Part shown: piece after piece, positions 1 to 8,634 of the stretch | How positions within the stretch are numbered: position 1 is the first letter of the stretch | Layout: the number at the start of each line of letters is the position of its first letter | Assembly: GCA_937981455.1 (NCBI GenBank) | Contig: CALJNV010000124.1 | Span: 1-42,785, forward strand | Reading direction: 5' to 3' | DNA from: an uncultured Bacteroidales bacterium | GTDB taxonomy: Bacteria > Bacteroidota > Bacteroidia > Bacteroidales > TTA-H9 | Length of the DNA: 42,785 bases | Program-made: the position numbers and the translations under genes | The notes under the pieces: model-generated | What the model saw: only the letters and a program-made list of their open reading frames with translations | Told to the model about the DNA's origin: nothing | The model's database searches: none

Positions 1-368
1 GGGAATAGGTATAAAGCTTTGAGTTCTCCCAGGGGAAGTGTTTCCATTCCCTTGAACATGGCTTGCCCCGTATTTTCGTCTGTAACTATTCCAAACCCAA
101 CCAGCCCCTTGCCTGAGCTGAGTCCTTCGGGGAGTTTCTTAAAACCAAAAGCAGCTGCTGCAGCCGGACAAGCAATTCCCTCGGCGCTGAGTATGACGTG
201 CTCGCCATGGCGAGCTTTCATCAAAGCCTGACAGTAGCGATGGTTATTTAGAGTTTTACCCCTTGCTGGTAGGGTATCGGAATTAGATATGAACTTCACA
301 CCTACTAGCTTACTGGTCATGGTTAAAATTTCCTGGATTTGGATGGCTTGTTTATTCAGTGCTTTCAT
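1..368 (-). CDS. DUF169 (COG2043-like) domain protein. The 5' part only is present; the gene runs off the left edge of the window.
   Basis: Not in the ORF track because it is open at the edge. I translated the minus strand from the ATG at 368-366: MKALNKQAIQIQEILTMTSKLVGVKFISNSDTLPARGKTLNNHRYCQALMKARHGEHVILSAEGIACPAAAAAFGFKKLPEGLSSGKGLVGFGIV... There are no stops down to base 1. The CQAL..A..GE......IACP.AA.A.G pattern matches my recollection of DUF169 proteins. It starts 5 nt after the upstream USP stop codon, so it is probably co-transcribed. Confidence 0.6.
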   Translation of the reverse strand, partial: MKALNKQAIQIQEILTMTSKLVGVKFISNSDTLPARGKTLNNHRYCQALMKARHGEHVILSAEGIACPAAAAAFGFKKLPEGLSSGKGLVGFGIVTDENTGQAMFKGMETLPLGELKALYLF

Positions 369-372
369 TTTA

Positions 373-1305
373 TTAACAGGTTAATGGGATGAGCAAAACG
401 TGTGAGTCGGCATGGCGCGCCACATGGTAGCTTACGCTACCTAAAACTAACTCCGAGAGGTATCCACGACCTTGACTACCCAATACTGTTAAGGTAATCC
501 TCTCGTTTTGAATAAATTTAATAATTTCCTTTTTAGGTTTTCCATAAATCATTTTTATTACTATCTCACTTTCAGGATGTTTCTGGATGAAAGCCTGGGC
601 CAATCGATTCAATCTCTCATTATCAATCCTATTAAATTCTTCTAAACGATTTTTTAGATGAGAGCCAATTTTAACTTCATCTTGGACATGTAAAAGGGTT
701 AATCGTTTTATGGCAAAAGTCTGCTCGAGAAGGCATTGAAATGCATGTTCTGAGGGGTCAGAAAAATCCGTGGGAAAAAGAATATTTTCGGGGAGGTTTT
801 GGGTATACAATTCCCAGTCGGGCTCAAAGCTTTGCAATTGCTTGATGAGTTTCTCATATTCATAAAAATTCTTTTGAAAAGCAAGATCATCGATTGATGT
901 AGTTTGTTTTAAAACCATAAGCAAAACAGGAGATTTCATGCTGTGAAGGACTTCTGTGGCCGTTGTTCCTAATACTGATCCTCCCCAATTGGAGCCATTA
1001 GAGCCGACAATTATAAGGTCGGCTCCAATCGCTTTTCGTTTTCTCTCAATTTCAACACTGGGTATTCCAAATATTACCTCCGCATTTACGGCAAAACCTT
1101 TACGCTCGAGTATGCTCTTTTGAAAAGCAATTGAATTATCAATATCATCGAGTTTATAAGAGCTAAGCAATTGGGTATTTCGAAGGTCTAATACATGTAC
1201 AAGAGTAATTTTTTCGATGCCTATTTTACCAAATTCATCCGACGATTCGATCAATTTTGCTGATGCTTTGGAAAGATCGGTTCCAACTATTGCGTGTTTA
1301 AACAT
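373..1305 (-). CDS. Tandem universal stress protein (two UspA-like domains)
   Basis: 310-aa ORF with an ATG start. Two USP-like halves are visible. The first begins FKHAIVGTDLS and ends IIVGSNGS..GGSVLGTTATEVLHSMKSPVLL. The second ends LTVLGSQGRGYLSELVLGSVSYHVARHADSHVLLIP. G-x2-G-x9-G(S/T) USP ATP-binding-like motifs are present. Confidence 0.8.
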   Translation of the reverse strand: MFKHAIVGTDLSKASAKLIESSDEFGKIGIEKITLVHVLDLRNTQLLSSYKLDDIDNSIAFQKSILERKGFAVNAEVIFGIPSVEIERKRKAIGADLIIVGSNGSNWGGSVLGTTATEVLHSMKSPVLLMVLKQTTSIDDLAFQKNFYEYEKLIKQLQSFEPDWELYTQNLPENILFPTDFSDPSEHAFQCLLEQTFAIKRLTLLHVQDEVKIGSHLKNRLEEFNRIDNERLNRLAQAFIQKHPESEIVIKMIYGKPKKEIIKFIQNERITLTVLGSQGRGYLSELVLGSVSYHVARHADSHVLLIPLTC

Positions 1306-1341
1306 GGCTCAAAATTTTGCAATCGTTCAATGTAAAAAATG

Positions 1342-1878
1342 CTAAAAATTTTTCTTAAAATCGTCTACCCTGCTTGCCAGTAGGACAATACCACTGAAAA
1401 CCAAAGCAGCAATTGGGATTGCTAACCAGGTGTTAATTCCCAAAATTGTAGGTAAGTTACCAGGGATATTTTTGGTCATCAGGTTAGTTTTGAAGAATTT
1501 TACGTTTACGGCAAAGAACAGGACTCCCAGCACCATTCCCAGAAGACCAATCCAGGCATCTTTTTTGGCTTCACCTATTCTGGCAATCATAGTACCCGGA
1601 CAGTAGCCGAGCAAACCCATGCCGGCACCAAAAATGAGTCCGCCAACCACTTTTCCCCAGTCCAAGGGTTTTGGGTTTAGCTCAATAATGCCTAGGCTGC
1701 CTAGTGTATAGAAGCCAATCATAGAGAATGTTACGGCGGTAAGCATAAATTTGAGGATTTTAAAATCTTTAAGAAGTAACATTCCGGTAACGCGGGGGTA
1801 TTTAGTGATACCTGTGCGCTGAAGGGCATAGCCAAAAATCAGCCCAATAACCAATCCAATAAATGCTTGAAGCAACAT
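1342..1878 (-). CDS. YeeE/YedE family sulfur-compound transporter, second half-size subunit
   Basis: The track ORF 1342..2079 overlaps the upstream gene. The ATG at 1878 (MLLQAFIGLVIGLIFGYALQRTG...) gives a 178-aa polytopic membrane protein that starts 2 nt after the upstream stop. It contains a GYCPGT motif typical of YeeE/YedE repeats. Confidence 0.75.
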   Translation of the reverse strand: MLLQAFIGLVIGLIFGYALQRTGITKYPRVTGMLLLKDFKILKFMLTAVTFSMIGFYTLGSLGIIELNPKPLDWGKVVGGLIFGAGMGLLGYCPGTMIARIGEAKKDAWIGLLGMVLGVLFFAVNVKFFKTNLMTKNIPGNLPTILGINTWLAIPIAALVFSGIVLLASRVDDFKKNF

Positions 1879-1880
1879 GG

Positions 1881-2429
1881 TTAACGTCCTCCTAATTTTG
1901 GGTAGAGTAATTTTGCTACAAAAATTCCTGCCAAGAAGAAACAGGCACCTGCTACCATACTTCCTAACGATAGATGTGCCCAACCTTGCAGGATATTTCC
2001 TGTGGTGCACCCTACGGCAAGCATGGTGCCCAATCCGAGACAAAACCCGCCAGCCAGCACTACGGTAAAGCGTTTCCATACGTTTGAGCCGTGATATTTA
2101 ACCCAAACAGAAGGAATAACTTCGGGCGAGTAGTTTTTACTGTGTTTTGCGCCCCAGTAGGCCCCAATAACAATGCCGAACAGCATAATAAATTCGACAA
2201 ACGCCGCAGGGCTGGTGAGATTTTTCTGAACTACAGGATTTTCGGCCAGCGATGGAAACAGGAACTTCACATTTGCGGCAATATAGGCGATACCAGCCGT
2301 AATGCCAAAGGGATAATCCTTGTAATCTAATTTTTCGAAGAGCACATACGAGGTTATCGATAAAAACGAAACAACAATGCCTCCGATGAGCCAATGCCAT
2401 TCATCGTTTTGATTTACTTTTAGTTTCAT
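1881..2429 (-). CDS. YeeE/YedE family sulfur-compound transporter, first half-size subunit
   Basis: 182-aa hydrophobic ORF with an ATG start. It carries a GCTTGN motif (conserved Cys in a glycine-rich loop) as in YeeE/YedE. It sits directly upstream of a paralogous half-size gene. Confidence 0.75.
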   Translation of the reverse strand: MKLKVNQNDEWHWLIGGIVVSFLSITSYVLFEKLDYKDYPFGITAGIAYIAANVKFLFPSLAENPVVQKNLTSPAAFVEFIMLFGIVIGAYWGAKHSKNYSPEVIPSVWVKYHGSNVWKRFTVVLAGGFCLGLGTMLAVGCTTGNILQGWAHLSLGSMVAGACFFLAGIFVAKLLYPKLGGR

Positions 2430-2479
2430 TTCATTTGTTTTTAATGAGTTAGTAAGAGGCTGTACAATTATTACATGAT

Positions 2480-3910
2480 TTACTTGATCTTTTTATGTTT
2501 GTCCATTAAAACCTCATCGAGATTGTATGAGGCCTGAAGAGCGAACCAATTGGCGTTTTTAGCAGGATTTCCCTGAATGGTTTGAACATCGCCCGCCCAA
2601 AAGTAGCCAAATACACCAACCAATTGAAAATATTTCCATGGAGAATAACTAGAATAAATATTAAACTCGCTGCCCAGATGGTGTTTTCCGGGTTGTAGCT
2701 GAAGGGTACTCAGCAAAATGGCATCGGAGGGCTCTGGAACATAAAACCAGTGATAGTTTATCTCCAATTTCATTTCCTTAAACGGGGAAAGGTATACAAC
2801 GAGTTCCTTATCGTCGAGATTTGACCACGATGTGATATTCATTCGCCCATAATAGCTATCCTTTGCGCCATAGGCAGGGTCGAAAGTATGGATATGTTCA
2901 TCGTTGTTAGATCCACCACTCGCATATGTTTCTCTAATACCCAATATCGGCCTGGCAGGCAAATCCGAAAACCGATATCCGAGCAAAGCAGTGACGCCGT
3001 ATGCGCTTATTGTTTTACTATTATCCTGACCCCATTCGTAGCATAAAGTAAAGTCATAGAGAAAAGGATTATTATCGCTTGTTCTAAATACTCTGTTTCC
3101 AATCCAATGGTGGGTAAAATTTAATGTTCTAATATAATCAGCCGATCCTTGAGTTTTGATAGCATAAAATGGTTCAATGGCTAATGAGGGGAGTAAGCTC
3201 AAATGGGCATATGCCCCACCCCCCCAATGCTCAGTTTGCGTAAAGGGAATCGATAACTTTTCAGGATTATGAATTTTAGTGCCTCCACCAAATACATCCA
3301 ATGTGTTTTTCCCCTTTTTGTACGAAAGTCTCACTGCATCCCAGGTCCAACGCCCGGTATTTCCCCATTCTCCCGGACCAAACAATCGGTTGTCGCCAAA
3401 TGAAATTTTTTGTCGTCCAACCTTCAATGCTATATTTTTAACCATTTTATCCACCTGTAGGTACAAATCATAGATTTCAAAAAACTCCTCATTGGGATTC
3501 ATGGTATAGTAAGGTTCCTGGGTATTCTTCTTTTTTAACCTGAAAAGTTCAGGGTACTTTGCGTTGCGAAGCGACCATCCAAATGCTCTGGAATCCTGAA
3601 TATGGGCGGCAAGCAGTGTGCGGTTGCCAAATTTGTAGGTTACCCCTGCTACGATGCGCTGAAATAAAATTTTATCGTTAAGTGAACCTATACCGTAAGG
3701 GTCACCGTAATTTTTGGCATTCATTCCGTTCCAAAACTCCCATCGTTCACGTGCATTGAAATTAAACACGCACCCACCAGAGTCGCCCTGGATAGAGGCA
3801 AATAATGAATATGTTCCTTTAGCTATAAGACCTATTACCAGGATAATCCTAAGATACACCTTTTTAATAAATCTCTCCCTTGCAAAAAATAATTCATTTG
3901 AGATTTTCAT
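2480..3910 (-). CDS. Putative outer-membrane beta-barrel protein, alginate-export (AlgE-like) family candidate
   Basis: 476-aa ORF with an ATG start. The N-terminal hydrophobic segment looks like a signal peptide. The rest is rich in alternating aromatic/polar strands and Gly/Asn/Tyr (FNFNARERWEFWNG, VTYKFGN, LLGYRFSD, FALQASYNL). The family assignment is from memory of Bacteroidota alginate_exp proteins and has not been checked with a profile. Confidence 0.55.
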   Translation of the reverse strand: MKISNELFFARERFIKKVYLRIILVIGLIAKGTYSLFASIQGDSGGCVFNFNARERWEFWNGMNAKNYGDPYGIGSLNDKILFQRIVAGVTYKFGNRTLLAAHIQDSRAFGWSLRNAKYPELFRLKKKNTQEPYYTMNPNEEFFEIYDLYLQVDKMVKNIALKVGRQKISFGDNRLFGPGEWGNTGRWTWDAVRLSYKKGKNTLDVFGGGTKIHNPEKLSIPFTQTEHWGGGAYAHLSLLPSLAIEPFYAIKTQGSADYIRTLNFTHHWIGNRVFRTSDNNPFLYDFTLCYEWGQDNSKTISAYGVTALLGYRFSDLPARPILGIRETYASGGSNNDEHIHTFDPAYGAKDSYYGRMNITSWSNLDDKELVVYLSPFKEMKLEINYHWFYVPEPSDAILLSTLQLQPGKHHLGSEFNIYSSYSPWKYFQLVGVFGYFWAGDVQTIQGNPAKNANWFALQASYNLDEVLMDKHKKIK

Positions 3911-4482
3911 AATGATTCTAATCTTTCTTAATACAGGCAGCTATAACCTTTAAGACAAAATAAAATGCCTCAAAAAAGGATCCTATTCCTGTTTTTACAT
4001 TTATTTGTTTACCCCAACAATGCCCCTGACCGATTTCAATGCAAAGCATAAGCATCATTTCATCATTTCGCAAAATTATGAAATATTTGATTTAAAAATC
4101 GTAAATAAAAAAATTTACAGAGATCTTCACCAATTGCAAACTAACCTTTCTTCTGAATTCTATGAGCTATTATCCAGAAGAGTAATTTTCTGCCAATTAA
4201 TAGCTTGTAAGATAAATAAAAAAAATTTGAGCCCAAAGAGATTTGTATTCAACGTTTGGATTCTGATTTCTTTTTCAATTTACCATTTGGTTTAACTTTG
4301 GTTGCTTGTTTAAAGCCCAATTGCCCAGTGAAAAGCAATTTCCTTAAAAGATTTACAGACAAACAGATAAATTCATACTACAAGATTGAAAGTTTGTCCA
4401 TTTTCATCCTAAAAAGTCAATCATGATTTTCAATTCTGGCCCACCCAACCATCCCGCATGTATGGCAAAAAGAATCTACACA

Positions 4483-6939
4483 ATGATCCGGAAACGTAAT
4501 TTTTCCATCATTTTAAAAAAGATTTATTTAACCTATGGATTAGTGTTTCTGCCTATTGTCCTTTTGGCGCAGTGGGAGTTGAGTGGAAGAGTTGTTGATG
4601 CCTCCACAGGAAAGCCCTTGGCCTTTGCTAATATAGTTATGGATGATGGGAAAAAAGGTACAAGTACGGATATAGACGGGAAATTTATACTAAAAGCCTC
4701 AGGTACATTAAAAAAACTAACCATTAGCTATATAGGATACCAGAACGAAGAGATTTTTGTAGATAAAATGCAGCCTGGTCAAATCATTCGATTAAGGCCC
4801 AAAAAAATCGAATTACATGAAGTGACGATAGTACCGGGAGTAAATCCAGCGCTCAGAATAATCCGCAATGCGTTGGCCCACCGCGATAAAAACAACTACG
4901 AAAACCTGCCGGCCTTCACCTACGAGGCTTACGAAAAAATGGTTTTCAGAGCCAGCATCGACTCCACGCCTTTGCCCGATTCACTTTTAAGCGATACCAA
5001 TGAACTGCGGCTGCGAAAGTTTTTCGACGAGAGACATCTTTTCATGATTGAAAATTTTTACGAGCGCAAGCATCGCCGGCCTGGAGGTGATAAGCAGGAG
5101 GTGAAAGCCACCCGCGTGTCGGGGCTGAAAGACCCCATTTTTGTATTTCTTATCAGCCAGCTGCAATCAACTACGTTTTATAATGACGTAATAAGCCTCG
5201 GGGGCAAAAATTATATCAACCCACTGGCGCCGGGCAGCCTCGACCGCTATTTCTATCAAATGCACGATACCCTGATTGAAAACGGAGATACCCTTTACTC
5301 CATTGTTTACCGACCCTGGAAAGGAACTAAATTCGATGGCCTGAAAGGCACGCTTACCATTAGCAGCCGGGGTTGGGCTATTGCCTCGGTAACCGCCGAA
5401 CCTCACGAAAAACCCGAGGGAATTGGCCTACGCATTCAGCAGCTCTATCAAGTTGACAGCAATGGCGTGTGGTTTCCTCTACAACTGAACACCTACCTGG
5501 TACTTAACACGGTAGAAATTGCTGCCGGTAAAGGGAAAGATGCCCGACGCTATTATGTAACAGCCAGCGGTAGAAGCTATATCCGCAACATTAATCTTAA
5601 TCCTGACTTTTCGCCGCGTGAACTGGGCCGTATTGCCCTCGAGGTAAAACCTGGGGCAGCCACCCGCGATGAAAATTACTGGAGCATGGTACGCATAGCA
5701 CCTCTCGACAAACAGGAAGAAGCCACCTACCGTTTTATCGACAGCCTCGGGCAAAAGCAAAACCTCGACCGGGTAGCTTTTGTAATCGATGCCCTGATGA
5801 AAGGGAAAATAGCCTGGCATAAGATTTCTATTGATTTGCAACGTATGATCAAATACAACAGCCACGAAGGGTTCTATCTGGGCTCAGGGCTCGAGACCAA
5901 CGAAAGCATGTCGCAATTCTGGCAGGCAGGAACCTGGGGAGGCTATGGATTTAAAGACCGGCAGGCCAAATACGGTGGTTTCCTGAAGCTGACCCTGGAC
6001 CGTTATCAGGAAATTTACCTGCATTACAATTACCGCCACGAAAAGATTGAAAACGGGGCGCTGGAGTATCCGGGTCGCAGCATGTCGCTATTCGATCCTT
6101 ACACCTTTCGCGATCTGATGGTTACTCGCATGGATATGAACGACGAGCACCGCCTGGGCTTTTCGGTTCGCACCTTTAGCTATGCAACCCTGCGGCTCGA
6201 TGCTTTTAAATCGACTTACTCACCGGCATTTACATATGCCTTTGTGCCACAAGCAGGCGACACCCTTACACGTTTTGCCACGGGAGGACTCTCGGCCACT
6301 GTGCGCTGGGCATTCAGAGAAAAATTTATTCAAACCACTCGAGGACAAATGTCGTTGGGCACTCGATATCCCGTTGTCTGGTTTACCTTTTCGCGGGGTT
6401 TTAAAGTCTTTTTAAATGGGCATTTTGATTTTCTCCGCATGGGTTTCTCTTTGGAATATTCTTTCTTTACTCCTTTTGTTGGGAAAACTTTTATTTTAGC
6501 ATCAGCAGGTATGACCGAAAAAAAACTGCCTGCCTCGCTTTTATTCAACGCTCGCGCCTCGCATGGAAGCTTTACCCTTTTCTCGCCTGGAAGTTTTGCA
6601 ACCATGCGTATGAACGAATTTTACAGTGACCGCTATTTCTCTTTCTGGGTCTCGCATAATTTTCAAAATCTTTTGTTGAAGGGAAAGCATTTTAAGCCTG
6701 AACCCGAAATTTATACCGCTGTTCTATGGGGAAAACTCAGTCATCCCGCGTCGCATATTTTTGTCAATTTAAAGGCCCCAGAAAAAACTTACCTGGAATC
6801 GGGTTTGAACATGAACCACCTCATCGATTTAAAATTTTACAATCTGGGTTTGGGAGCAGCTTGGCGCTGGGGGGCCTACCACTTAGCTCAAACATGGGAT
6901 AATATAACCCTAATGTTGACCTTGAATTTTAATTTATAA
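4483..6939 (+). CDS. CarboxypepD_reg-like domain plus DUF5686 family protein (predicted outer-membrane associated)
   Basis: Large ORF 4423..6939. After a signal-like N-terminus (MIRKRNFSIILKKIYLTYGLVFLPIVLLAQ) comes SGRVVDASTGKPLAFANIVMDDGKKGTSTDIDGKFIL...ISYIGYQ, which is typical of carboxypeptidase-regulatory-like domains. The long C-terminal region resembles DUF5686 proteins of Bacteroidota. The start is ambiguous: in-frame ATGs lie at 4423, 4462 and 4483. I chose 4483 because it directly precedes the signal peptide. Confidence 0.7.
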   Translation: MIRKRNFSIILKKIYLTYGLVFLPIVLLAQWELSGRVVDASTGKPLAFANIVMDDGKKGTSTDIDGKFILKASGTLKKLTISYIGYQNEEIFVDKMQPGQIIRLRPKKIELHEVTIVPGVNPALRIIRNALAHRDKNNYENLPAFTYEAYEKMVFRASIDSTPLPDSLLSDTNELRLRKFFDERHLFMIENFYERKHRRPGGDKQEVKATRVSGLKDPIFVFLISQLQSTTFYNDVISLGGKNYINPLAPGSLDRYFYQMHDTLIENGDTLYSIVYRPWKGTKFDGLKGTLTISSRGWAIASVTAEPHEKPEGIGLRIQQLYQVDSNGVWFPLQLNTYLVLNTVEIAAGKGKDARRYYVTASGRSYIRNINLNPDFSPRELGRIALEVKPGAATRDENYWSMVRIAPLDKQEEATYRFIDSLGQKQNLDRVAFVIDALMKGKIAWHKISIDLQRMIKYNSHEGFYLGSGLETNESMSQFWQAGTWGGYGFKDRQAKYGGFLKLTLDRYQEIYLHYNYRHEKIENGALEYPGRSMSLFDPYTFRDLMVTRMDMNDEHRLGFSVRTFSYATLRLDAFKSTYSPAFTYAFVPQAGDTLTRFATGGLSATVRWAFREKFIQTTRGQMSLGTRYPVVWFTFSRGFKVFLNGHFDFLRMGFSLEYSFFTPFVGKTFILASAGMTEKKLPASLLFNARASHGSFTLFSPGSFATMRMNEFYSDRYFSFWVSHNFQNLLLKGKHFKPEPEIYTAVLWGKLSHPASHIFVNLKAPEKTYLESGLNMNHLIDLKFYNLGLGAAWRWGAYHLAQTWDNITLMLTLNFNL

Positions 6940-6981
6940 ATCTTTTATAATTTCGTATTAAATTATTAAATTTCAATCACC

Positions 6982-8292
6982 ATGAGAAGCAGACTGCTGG
7001 TTTTAATGTTTTTAATTTTGGGGCTGCACACCCAGGCTCAATATTATCTTCTAAATTTTAAAGGGGTTGGTGCTGCTACTACCATAGATAGCATTCGTGT
7101 GCTCAACCTGGCACAAAACACCACGGTAAAAATTAACGGAACAGATACTCTTTTGCTTGCCGGAGTTGTTGGTCAACCCAAGCCACAACTGTTCAATCAA
7201 CGCATTGATGCATGGCCCCTTCCATCAAATGGCGAGTGTAAAATCAAATTCTTTAGTCCCCTTAAGGAAAATGCCCACATAACGATTTTCGATGCATCGG
7301 GTAGGAAAATTTTAACAGAAGTCATCCCACTGGCGTCAGGAGAAAATTTTTTCGACATAAGCGCGTTGCCAGCTGGCATAAACATCCTTCATATTCAGTT
7401 ATCGAATTACAACCTTTCGACAAAAATACCGGTAGTTCAGAAAGGAAATTCCGTTCCTTCTATTCATAATTTTTCGCATCAACCTGTGCTTAAAAAGAGT
7501 AAAGCTGTTATTGTAATGCAGTACAACGATAACGAAGTGCTACTCTTTAAGGCATATTCCGGGAACTACGCCCGCTTTCAGCCCTGGATTATCAATGCCA
7601 GTCAGACGATTTACTTTGACTTTATTGCATGCACCGATGCTATAGGTAACAATTACCCGGTAGTAAGAATTGGCAACCAGGTTTGGATGGCACAAAACCT
7701 GAAGACCACCCAATTTAACAATGGAACGCCGATACCCATAGTGACCGACAATAATACCTGGCTTAATACTACCACCCCTGCCATGAGCTGGTACAACAAC
7801 AATGCAGCCGAGTATGGATACTGGGGAGCTTTTTATAATTTTTATGCCGTTGAAGGCGACAATATCTGTCCTCCGGGTTGGCATGTACCTTCGCTGGGCG
7901 ATTTCGAACAGTTGCTGGTAGTTTTACAAAACTTTGGTTACAACTACAATGGTATGATAGACCCCGACAACGATCCTTATTCCAACGATTTTACAGCCAA
8001 ATCGCTCTCTTCAAGATATTTTTGGAGTTCGACTGACGTAGCAGGTGCGCCCGGCAATACTGATTATCCCAATTATAGAAACCGTACGGCTTTCGAGGCT
8101 TTTCCTTATGGTGTTCGAAATGGATACACTGGAGCTTTTAACAATCATACCATTACTACTTTCTTCTGGAGCAAGACAGTTACGCCCAACCAAGAGGCGT
8201 ATAGAATGCAACTTTTCTATTCTAACCCCTCAAGCGGGCTATCCACAAATCCCAAAGTAACTGGCATGAACGTAAGATGCATTAAAAACTGA
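6982..8292 (+). CDS. Secreted protein with an internal T9SS-sorting-domain-like segment and a C-terminal FISUMP (Fibrobacter succinogenes major paralogous, TIGR02145-type) domain
   Basis: 436-aa ORF with an ATG start and signal peptide MRSRLLVLMFLILGLHTQAQ. Residues ~76-153 (WPLPSNGECKIKFFSPLKENAHITIFDASGRKIL...GENFFDISALPAGINILHIQL...STKIPVVQ) resemble a Por_Secre_tail domain. The C-terminal part (YPVVRIGNQVWMAQNLKTT...GYWGAFYNFYAV...CPPGWHVPS...FWS...NVRCIKN) matches the FISUMP signature. Confidence 0.8.
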   Translation: MRSRLLVLMFLILGLHTQAQYYLLNFKGVGAATTIDSIRVLNLAQNTTVKINGTDTLLLAGVVGQPKPQLFNQRIDAWPLPSNGECKIKFFSPLKENAHITIFDASGRKILTEVIPLASGENFFDISALPAGINILHIQLSNYNLSTKIPVVQKGNSVPSIHNFSHQPVLKKSKAVIVMQYNDNEVLLFKAYSGNYARFQPWIINASQTIYFDFIACTDAIGNNYPVVRIGNQVWMAQNLKTTQFNNGTPIPIVTDNNTWLNTTTPAMSWYNNNAAEYGYWGAFYNFYAVEGDNICPPGWHVPSLGDFEQLLVVLQNFGYNYNGMIDPDNDPYSNDFTAKSLSSRYFWSSTDVAGAPGNTDYPNYRNRTAFEAFPYGVRNGYTGAFNNHTITTFFWSKTVTPNQEAYRMQLFYSNPSSGLSTNPKVTGMNVRCIKN

Positions 8293-8585
8293 TCGTACTT
8301 GTATATCTTTTCAGGACTTGTCGGATTCTGGCGAATAAAAAAATCGGCGAGGAGGTTTCTTTTAGTTCAAAATTTAGGCTATCAGTTCAAAGCAGAAGGC
8401 TCTCCATAAACTTTATAGGATTTTTTAAATTGATATACGCTTCAATAAGTGGACAGGCAAAAAATAAACACTGATAATCAATAAATATTTCTCATCCTGT
8501 AACAATATGAAGGCGCCGATAAGGATTTAATAAGCTATGATTCAAAAGCCATATCCGGTAAACAATCTCCCCTTTCAAAATGAAT

Positions 8586-8609
8586 AAAAAAAGCCGACTG
8601 ATGCCGGCT
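8586..8609 (-). terminator. Rho-independent terminator candidate downstream of rpsP
   Basis: The minus strand reads AGCCGGCATCAGTCGGCT followed by TTTTTTT. The stem is 5-6 bp (AGCCG/CGGCT plus a possible G-U pair). It lies about 25 nt after the rpsP stop codon. Confidence 0.5.
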
Positions 8610-8634
8610 GTAGGGAATATTTTCGTACAATTTT

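Noticed and set aside
1879-2079. N-terminal 67-aa extension of the 1342..2079 ORF, overlapping the upstream YeeE/YedE gene
   Set aside because: The extension is Arg/His/Cys-rich, reads out of frame through the 3' end of the upstream gene, and has no membrane character. The ATG at 1878 gives a clean half-size YeeE/YedE protein.
4005-4295. 96-aa plus-strand ORF in the long intergenic region
   Set aside because: It starts at a TTG in very AT-rich, low-complexity sequence. The translation has no recognisable motifs, signal peptide or TM pattern. It overlaps the probable promoter/leader of the divergent barrel operon. It is most likely non-coding.
5167-6605. Antisense ORFs of 79-128 aa inside the DUF5686 gene (5167..5406, 5479..5865, 6330..6605)
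   Set aside because: They lie entirely inside a long sense ORF with clear domain signatures. Their translations look like typical antisense-frame products (Arg/Gly/Ala/Pro-rich, no motifs).
8041-8634. Possible diversity-generating retroelement targeting the C-terminal lectin-like FISUMP domain
   Set aside because: I compared the 3' end of the gene with the 342-bp downstream spacer by eye and found no template-repeat-like copy. No reverse transcriptase ORF is present anywhere in the window.
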